Source: an uncultured virus (IMG/VR IMGVR_UViG_3300044612_003086)
Taxonomy: Duplodnaviria > Heunggongvirae > Uroviricota > Caudoviricetes
Strand: one strand, 5' to 3'
Virus record (IMG/VR): IMGVR_UViG_3300044612_003086
Span: 1-64,000 of that record
Length of the DNA: 64,000 nucleotides
The notes beneath the pieces were generated by a model. The model had not been told where the DNA came from. It made no database searches and was given only the letters and a program-made list of their open reading frames with translations. Every line of letters begins with the position of its first letter. Position 1 is the stretch's first letter. The translations under genes were made by a program, and so were the position numbers. This document shows positions 57,683 through 64,000 of the stretch, piece by piece.

Positions 57683-58080
57683 TTTGTCTTGAATTCATTC
57701 CAGGTTTTGTCACCCACACCAAAATATTCACGAGCAAAACCAGATTGGATAATGTCTTTGTTTAAACAAGCAGTTGTGGGGTCATCTATTTTGTCTGATG
57801 AGTAAATTCTTGCCAAAACTCTTCCATATTTATCATTTTTGTCTGGAATAGTGTTTACAAAAACCCATTTATGACCATCAAGCCAGTCCTTGGTAAAAGA
57901 CTTTGCCTTAAGCCCAAGTTCTTTTTCCTTGAGGTCTTTGGTGCGTGACTCTGGTGTATTAACGCCATATAGACGAACACGAATTTTATGATGGACACTA
58001 AATCCAAGGTCAATCATTAGGTCGACCGTGTCTCCATCAACTACATTGAGTACCGTTGCCCCATACCAGAATCGTTCCAC
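57679..58080 (-). CDS. thermonuclease (SNase-like)
   Basis: VVDGDTVD, RVRLYGVNTPES, DKYGRVLA. Confidence 0.9.
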   Translation of the reverse strand: MERFWYGATVLNVVDGDTVDLMIDLGFSVHHKIRVRLYGVNTPESRTKDLKEKELGLKAKSFTKDWLDGHKWVFVNTIPDKNDKYGRVLARIYSSDKIDDPTTACLNKDIIQSGFAREYFGVGDKTWNEFKTK

Positions 58081-58092
58081 GACAAGTTATCC

Positions 58093-59508
58093 CTACTTGC
58101 TGTTCTTTGGATTTAGGCGATTCATTATCGCATCTTGGCCCGGAAACTTGGGACCCATAACGCGTCCTGTTTCTGGCTTCTTTTCTACTCGCGGACCTGG
58201 TGCGATTGTTGGTGGCTGTGGCCTATCAGCTCCTGGTCTTTTTGATGAAGGAGTTCCAGGATTTGGTTTTTGTCCTGGTGGGTACTTCTTTCCAGGACTC
58301 GGAATACGGTCTGCTGGCTTGCTTGGTTGAGGCCTACTTGGGCTTGGGTATCTGTCGGCTGGCTTGGTGTCTTTTGGCTCCGGTTTTTGCCCAGGAGGAT
58401 ACTTTTTCCCTGGACTTGGATATCTGTCGGCAGGCTTCTGGTCCCTTGGTTTGGATGGTGACGGCTTTTGCCCTGGTGGGTATTTCTTTGGCGGGTCTGG
58501 ATACCTATCTGCAGGCTTCTGGTCACGTGGTTTTGAAGGAGATGGCTTCTGTCCCGGAGGTGATGATGGTCCCTTTGGAAGACCGTCAGCAGATGGCTTA
58601 CCATCTGCCCCTCTTAGAACCTTGTCGAAAGCTGCTCTAGCTCTTGCACGAGCATCTCTTTCTTCCTTGCTTCTATCCTCAACACGTCGATTCATTTTTA
58701 TTCCCTGAAGCTTTAGCTGCTGACGAACAAATTTTCTTCTCTGCGCTTCATAGTTCGCATCGCTTGAGCGTTGATATGGTTTTCTTTGCTCTTGTGGAGT
58801 GCCATCGAAAATCATTCCATCGCTGTCGTGGTCTACGGCTTCCGCTGGATTTGTTCCGGTAGGAGCAGCGCCGCCAGCGCGTTGGCCAATTGACATTCCA
58901 AGAGCGGCTTTGTACTCATAATCTTCAAGTTCATCTGACTTCTTCTTTGAGTTTTGGTAACGCTCAAGAAGTCTTTTCCCTTTTGCAGCAAGCGCTGCTG
59001 CATCTTCCATATTTTTGGGAACTGGTTCCCCCCATGCTGCAGCAGAAAGAGCAAGTCTTGTTGCTCTTCCTTTTTCGTCTTTCATTGGTCCACGTGGGTT
59101 GGTGAAAAATCTAGTAAGGAATGAACCCTTGCGACGCATTTTTTCCGGTGTATCAGCTGGGCCTCTTACTCCTGGCTTTAGATTTGCGCCTTCTGTTCTC
59201 TTGAAGAACGCTCTACCAGCAGCTGTCAAACCACCCTTTGGGTCTTTGAGTGGTTTTTTCCCGCCCTTTGTTTTTATGTATTCAGGAATTGCCGAGATTT
59301 GTTCCTCGGATGGGAATTCGAATTGACCGACACGATTAGAACCGTAATACTCATCGAATATCGGCATGAAATCTTCTGATTTAAGTTCGATTAGCGTTTC
59401 ATCAATTAGCTGCTCGAGCTCATCTTGTTCTTGGATATTGTTCGCTATTTGCTCTAATTCGGCAAAAAGCTCTTCATCGCTTTTGATTTGTGACATCGCA
59501 TCTTCCAT
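58093..59508 (-). CDS. hypothetical protein with DUF6321-like domain and Pro/Lys-rich repeats
   Basis: DPKGGLTAAGR...NLKPGV...RRKGSF; repeated KPADRYP..KKYPPGQKP. Confidence 0.75.
   Translation of the reverse strand: MEDAMSQIKSDEELFAELEQIANNIQEQDELEQLIDETLIELKSEDFMPIFDEYYGSNRVGQFEFPSEEQISAIPEYIKTKGGKKPLKDPKGGLTAAGRAFFKRTEGANLKPGVRGPADTPEKMRRKGSFLTRFFTNPRGPMKDEKGRATRLALSAAAWGEPVPKNMEDAAALAAKGKRLLERYQNSKKKSDELEDYEYKAALGMSIGQRAGGAAPTGTNPAEAVDHDSDGMIFDGTPQEQRKPYQRSSDANYEAQRRKFVRQQLKLQGIKMNRRVEDRSKEERDARARARAAFDKVLRGADGKPSADGLPKGPSSPPGQKPSPSKPRDQKPADRYPDPPKKYPPGQKPSPSKPRDQKPADRYPSPGKKYPPGQKPEPKDTKPADRYPSPSRPQPSKPADRIPSPGKKYPPGQKPNPGTPSSKRPGADRPQPPTIAPGPRVEKKPETGRVMGPKFPGQDAIMNRLNPKNSK
58265..58560 (-). 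repeat. coding tandem repeats (KPADR-x-P-x-P-x-KKYPPGQKP)
   Basis: Four KPADR units, with PPGQKP repeated four times, and synonymous codon variation. Confidence 0.8.
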
Positions 59509-59546
59509 GGTTCAATTTTCGCACAGATATGAAACTATAAAAGAAA

Positions 59547-59592
59547 CAACCCCCGGTTTCACCGTTTTCACGATTACTCCCGGGGGTTATTT
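59547..59592 (-). terminator. hairpin after the capsid gene
   Basis: AACCCCCGG...CCGGGGGTT inverted repeat with a T-rich tail on the minus strand. Confidence 0.55.
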
Positions 59593-59625
59593 CAACTCAA
59601 ACTGGATAACCAGTTATTGGATTAA

Positions 59626-60975
59626 TCAGCTTGGCTCGTTGTCGAAGTCAACTTTGACGAATGCTTCTGGACGCTTGACAGCAAGGGCGAGTCTCTGCTC
59701 GGCCAAGATGACGATTGCGTTGCGCACGAAGAAGTCTGAGTGCTGTTCCGAAATTCGGATTGAAGCCTCTTCTCTGTCGTACAGCTGAGCACCGGTACCG
59801 AATGCACCGACCAGGGCTGTTCCCTCAGCGATTGCCGGGGTGTCAACGACTGGCATTCTCCAAACGCGTGGCTCGCCACCCATTGCCACTGACACAGCGA
59901 CCAAGTACTGGCCGTTTGTATCCTTGGTCAATTCGATGTCTTCCCAGTCGTTCGGGTGCAACACGATGCCGGATGGCTCGTAGTAAGCAAGGAACGAGAG
60001 GGTTGCGGCACGACGAATTGCATCAGCCTTTGTGTCTGGAACTGGTGTGTCTGCACCGTCTGACCATGCGTACTCCTGAATGTTTGGAGTCTGAAGAACA
60101 CCAAGAAGGTTTTCGCCAGTTCCATCGCCATTCAAAATCTGCGAGTCTTCTAGGAGACGCAGACCGTACATGAGTTCGTTGTCGATGATTGAACGTAGCT
60201 GTGGCTCATCGGCGAGGACGTTGCGGTGTGCAGCTTCCCAGTGTGCCAATGTGCGAACAGGAGCCTGCTCACCAACGAATGCGAACGATGACTGCGGCTT
60301 GATACCGAAGTTGCCACCAGAACGCTCAGCAACTGAAGATGCCGAGTTAACACCATGGCCAGCCTGAAGGGTTGTGAAACCGAGCTGACGGAAGTATTCG
60401 ATTACTGCTGCAGATGTTCTGCGAACTGGGAACAGGTCGCGAACACGCTTTGTACGCATTGGAGGAAGAACCATGGCATCGCGCTGAACGTTTCCGAAGC
60501 TGCCGAGGCGGCTGTCTGTAACTAGCGTTGTTGGCAATGCTGAGTAAACGTCCTTTACGTTGTAAGCGGTCAATGAAGCAGCGACTTGCCATGGTGCAAC
60601 CATGTTTGCGCCGTTACGGCCACCATTGAGTGTCTTGAACTCAGGTGACTCGATAAACATTTGACCGATTGACTTGATTTCGCGTGAGCTCAATTGACTG
60701 AGGTCTGCAGCTGCTGCAGCATAGCTTGAAGCTACTGCTTCTCCCTGTGGCTGTGATGACCATGAGTCAACATCGCCCATTGTCTGAAGGTCAGCGAGCA
60801 GTGACTTAATTGACTTAATGTCCTGCATGTTCTTGTCGAATGCTGACTTCTGCTCAGAAGAAACAACTACTGTGCCTTCCTCGATTTTGAATGAGTCCGC
60901 AATGGCTTTATTGTCTGCCATTTTGGTGCGAAGAGCTGACTGCAGCTCTTCAATTCTTGCTTTGTCTTGTGACAT
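59626..60975 (-). CDS. major capsid protein, HK97 fold with N-terminal delta domain
   Basis: VRDLFP, VRTLAHW, LEDSQILNGDGTGENLLGVL, VLHPNDW, FVRNAIVILAEQRLALAVKRPEAF. Confidence 0.95.
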   Translation of the reverse strand: MSQDKARIEELQSALRTKMADNKAIADSFKIEEGTVVVSSEQKSAFDKNMQDIKSIKSLLADLQTMGDVDSWSSQPQGEAVASSYAAAAADLSQLSSREIKSIGQMFIESPEFKTLNGGRNGANMVAPWQVAASLTAYNVKDVYSALPTTLVTDSRLGSFGNVQRDAMVLPPMRTKRVRDLFPVRRTSAAVIEYFRQLGFTTLQAGHGVNSASSVAERSGGNFGIKPQSSFAFVGEQAPVRTLAHWEAAHRNVLADEPQLRSIIDNELMYGLRLLEDSQILNGDGTGENLLGVLQTPNIQEYAWSDGADTPVPDTKADAIRRAATLSFLAYYEPSGIVLHPNDWEDIELTKDTNGQYLVAVSVAMGGEPRVWRMPVVDTPAIAEGTALVGAFGTGAQLYDREEASIRISEQHSDFFVRNAIVILAEQRLALAVKRPEAFVKVDFDNEPS

Positions 60976-61133
60976 GATTTGCTCCGTATTGGAATTTGAA
61001 GGGTTGAATTACTGCTTACGTCGTGGCTTAGGTAAGCACCCAGCCCTCGTAATATCAAAAATAACAGATGGTTTACATTCTTTAGTGCAACTAATAAAGT
61101 TTTATACAAAAGTGTGTAAATAGTAATTGCTAT

Positions 61134-61874
61134 TTATTTTTGACTGAGTTCCTCAGAAATTGCGTGCTTTTTCTTTAGGTTGCTCTTGCCACCGGAACGA
61201 AAAACAGTACGAACGGCGTTCATTATTTCTCGGCTTCTGGTTCTCTCCGCATTTCTTCTTCCCAGCGAAGTTGAGCCGGTTCTATTTGCGTAATCGGTCA
61301 TATTTGTGCAAGGCATCCAAACTGTTCTTCCGTTTTTGCTAACTCTCCTGCTTACGCCAATGCAACCGATTTGCCTAGCTCTTGACCGAGCTGAGTCTGG
61401 GTCCATGAACACATCTGTGTCATCTTCCCTTACGTATTGAGGGCCCTGAAGAGCTTTGCCGCTTACCGGGACACAGTTTGGGACCATGCTCCCATTTTTC
61501 CCAGGTTTCATTCCAACCTGTTTGTATCCAGGCCAACATGGACTGGATTCCGCTTTTCCAGCAAAATTCCCAGACACCAATCCACCGCCGTCGATTGTTT
61601 CTATTCCTCGAATCGGCATCTCGTTCAAGTTTTCCCAATTATCTATTCTTCGTTTTTTCTTTTTCTTTCCAGTGCTTCTTCCGGCAGCTTTTCTTTCTCC
61701 GGCAACAACGGTTCTCCATTTACTTGTTTCAGCAATATCTGATAGACGCTCAAGCTCACCCATTGATGCACATGGCATCCAGTTGCCATCTTTATCCTTG
61801 TGCGCCCCAAAGCAACCCATTTCACGCGCAATTGCAAGTGCGTCAAGCTTCTTGACCAAGTCTGGTTTTTTCAT
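61134..61874 (-). CDS. hypothetical protein with duplicated A-R-x-x-GC-x-G...WMPC module
   Basis: AREMGCFGAH...WMPC and ARQIGCIGVS...WMPC; central PCWPGYKQVGMK...PNCVP. Confidence 0.7.
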   Translation of the reverse strand: MKKPDLVKKLDALAIAREMGCFGAHKDKDGNWMPCASMGELERLSDIAETSKWRTVVAGERKAAGRSTGKKKKKRRIDNWENLNEMPIRGIETIDGGGLVSGNFAGKAESSPCWPGYKQVGMKPGKNGSMVPNCVPVSGKALQGPQYVREDDTDVFMDPDSARSRARQIGCIGVSRRVSKNGRTVWMPCTNMTDYANRTGSTSLGRRNAERTRSREIMNAVRTVFRSGGKSNLKKKHAISEELSQK

Positions 61875-62614
61875 ATCTTCCTGCCAAGTTTTGACTGCAG
61901 TGCAGCGATGAGTCTTTGATTTCCCTCTGGGACTATTGGCTCGCGCTTTGATTCAACAAGGAATTCAGCGTGCCTATTTGCGCGCCGTGAAGGTGATTCT
62001 GGATTTGCCGTTTTTTCGGCAACGTGTGCTCTCACTATTGCTTTTTGTCCGATTCTTTCAACTATCCGATTGATTGCAATAGACGCAAGACTATTAGCCT
62101 CTCTTGAAATTAGTTGTCCAGATTTTTTATCAAATCCAATTTTTTGATTATTTTTTATAGAACTAAATACTTCTGAGCGCCTAGCTGAAGATGAGAACAA
62201 CCTTGCCTTGAAGTCAACTATGTTGATTTTTTCAATAGGGCTCTTGAATTTATCAATCCCCCTGCTAGACGGGGAACGAAATCCATTGGTTTTTGTCTCT
62301 GATGGAAATCTTGAAGCGTTCAGTATTTTCTTCTGTGATGTCACGATTGGGGTAGATGGAACGATTACTTCTGGAGAATCAAAATTTATTCCATCAACTA
62401 TTCTCTGTACCGAAGAGTTAATTTCCTTGAAATCAGTTGCAACAAATCCAGCAGGAAGTGATTTTGTTGCGTACGACTCACGCGAAACAACACCATCTAT
62501 TAGGCTGTTTCCGAATTCGGTTAGTGATTTAACAATAAACTTTGAATCATCATCAATAGCTATGGCATGCGGCATATTGCGCAGCGCATCTTTTATTATG
62601 GAAATACGTTTCAC
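61871..62614 (-). CDS. hypothetical protein
   Basis: 247 aa; start and stop overlap neighbours. Confidence 0.7.
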   Translation of the reverse strand: MKRISIIKDALRNMPHAIAIDDDSKFIVKSLTEFGNSLIDGVVSRESYATKSLPAGFVATDFKEINSSVQRIVDGINFDSPEVIVPSTPIVTSQKKILNASRFPSETKTNGFRSPSSRGIDKFKSPIEKINIVDFKARLFSSSARRSEVFSSIKNNQKIGFDKKSGQLISREANSLASIAINRIVERIGQKAIVRAHVAEKTANPESPSRRANRHAEFLVESKREPIVPEGNQRLIAALQSKLGRKI

Positions 62615-64000
62615 TTGCCACCTCCGGAAATGAGACTTCGAAGTACTTGTTTTTGATTTTGTAGTACGTCAAGTCTTGAATTGAACAGTTTAGAAATAAT
62701 GTTTAAGTGAATTTTTTCCCCATCAGACATCCCATACCCATTCATGTCGGATACAAATTTTTTTGAGTTAAAACTTCTTGCCCGATTAATCATTTGTGAC
62801 AAAAGTTTCATAAAAAGAACTCTTTGCTCTGCTCTTAGTTTTTGATAATAGTCAGAATATGCTGGAGTGAGTTGTGCGCCATAAAAATCATTGAGACGCA
62901 TCTTCATTCTTTTTGTTATTTCTATTTTTGAGAGGTCAATCAATCCTGATGTGGTGTTATCTGCCAATACCGCCCTGGTTCCATCAGCTGTATCTATTGG
63001 ATAAATTGAGGATGCTGGTCTTGAGCGCTGGTCTGTCAAGAAGTCGCTTACAAGCATTCTTGCAACATCCGCAATATCAAGGTTTTCAAATTTTTGATTC
63101 GGGTTGAATACGCCACCAGGCACAGCAGACTCCACGTCCTGTCTCAGATACATTCTTTTATCGTTTGGTTTTCCAACAAATATCACATCCGGAGACTCCA
63201 TGCCCAGATGCTGCTGGAGGTCTGACGCAAATCTCTCCGCTAGGTGCTGATAGTTTTTTGGCTTTTCGTAAACGAAATACTTTTGAGCCCCAGACTCAAC
63301 CGCTGATATTGAATTTGATATTTTCTCCTTGCGGACTAATTGTTGATTTGCTAGAAGTTTTGCGAGAACGATAGGTGTAATTCGTGAAAAACTACCTCCG
63401 TCTGCAATGAAACTTATTGCATCATCAAGATTGTTTATTAGCTTTCCTCTCCCGGAAAGTGAAACCGTAGTTCGCGAGGTGCCCTGTTCTTCTTTTGGCA
63501 ATTTCTGTAGTTTTCGCTTACCAAATAGCTTCTTTGCCCAGGCTGTTGTCCCATCAATTATTTCATTAGGATTTTTGATTCCATCAAACGATTCGGAATA
63601 CTGAATACCATCGCCTATTTCGTCGGCAACATTTCTCAGCCTTGCTCCTGGGTCTTTGCTGTTATTTATTTTTTGTGCTGAATTGACTACTCTTCCAAGT
63701 TTTCTTCTCTCGCCAACAGAGAGATTTCTGGCCTTAGACAGGCTTATTGTTGAACCACCAGGTAGAACATAAATCAAACTTTTAATTCCAGTATTGGAAA
63801 GAAGTCCAAGCTCTTCTCCGCCGAGGTCGGATGAAGAAAGAGTCGACATAAGGTAGTAGGCGCCTTCCATGTCCCTGTTATCCGGGATAGCTCTCAGCAC
63901 CTTCGTTGGAACTACTGGTTCCAGAACGAATCCATCACGCCTAACCATTCTCCTGGCTTTAGTGTTGGACGACAGGTTGAATTGACCGATTTCTTTTATG
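62611..64000 (-). CDS. large hypothetical protein, partial (open to right edge); C-terminus resembles a degenerate HipA/PI3-4-kinase-like fold
   Basis: No stop upstream of 63948; LAERFASDL..HLGMESPDV...DFLTDQRSR...LADN. Confidence 0.65.
   Translation of the reverse strand, partial: IKEIGQFNLSSNTKARRMVRRDGFVLEPVVPTKVLRAIPDNRDMEGAYYLMSTLSSSDLGGEELGLLSNTGIKSLIYVLPGGSTISLSKARNLSVGERRKLGRVVNSAQKINNSKDPGARLRNVADEIGDGIQYSESFDGIKNPNEIIDGTTAWAKKLFGKRKLQKLPKEEQGTSRTTVSLSGRGKLINNLDDAISFIADGGSFSRITPIVLAKLLANQQLVRKEKISNSISAVESGAQKYFVYEKPKNYQHLAERFASDLQQHLGMESPDVIFVGKPNDKRMYLRQDVESAVPGGVFNPNQKFENLDIADVARMLVSDFLTDQRSRPASSIYPIDTADGTRAVLADNTTSGLIDLSKIEITKRMKMRLNDFYGAQLTPAYSDYYQKLRAEQRVLFMKLLSQMINRARSFNSKKFVSDMNGYGMSDGEKIHLNIISKLFNSRLDVLQNQKQVLRSLISGGGK

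Overview
This is a 64 kb segment of a large tailed dsDNA phage genome, most likely infecting an actinobacterium. The host call rests on a WhiB-family regulator, an actinobacterial-type ferredoxin, TANNNT -10 elements and a Gram-positive/actinobacterial LexA box. The right part (about 30.3-64 kb) is a core region. It holds SSB, a primase-helicase, class II RNR, ThyX, MazG, thioredoxin, an HK97-fold major capsid protein, eight tRNAs, a D-armless tRNA-like RNA, and a 2205-aa multi-domain protein punctuated by seven LSSG motifs. The left part (about 2.5-30.3 kb) is mostly small accessory genes written in a distinct DNA grammar with five components. (1) About 69 exact copies of the 11-mer ACTAGATAAGT, mostly aligned with transcription and often embedded in stop codons, start codons or coding sequence. 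(2) Twenty copies of a non-canonical promoter-like element, GATAAnTCTGC-N11-TANNNT. (3) Alternating CGGGGCT / AGCCCCG boundary sites with a subterminal ACTT-N4-5-CCGACCACCCCG motif that divide the region into modules. (4) A 14-mer, TGACGGTGGTGGAA, near gene starts. (5) Strong depletion of AGCT, GGCC and CCGG that switches on and off at the boundary sites. A helicase-associated-domain + HTH gene with a LexA box lies just left of this region and is the best candidate regulator. All counts were made by eye and all product calls come from motif recognition without database searches.
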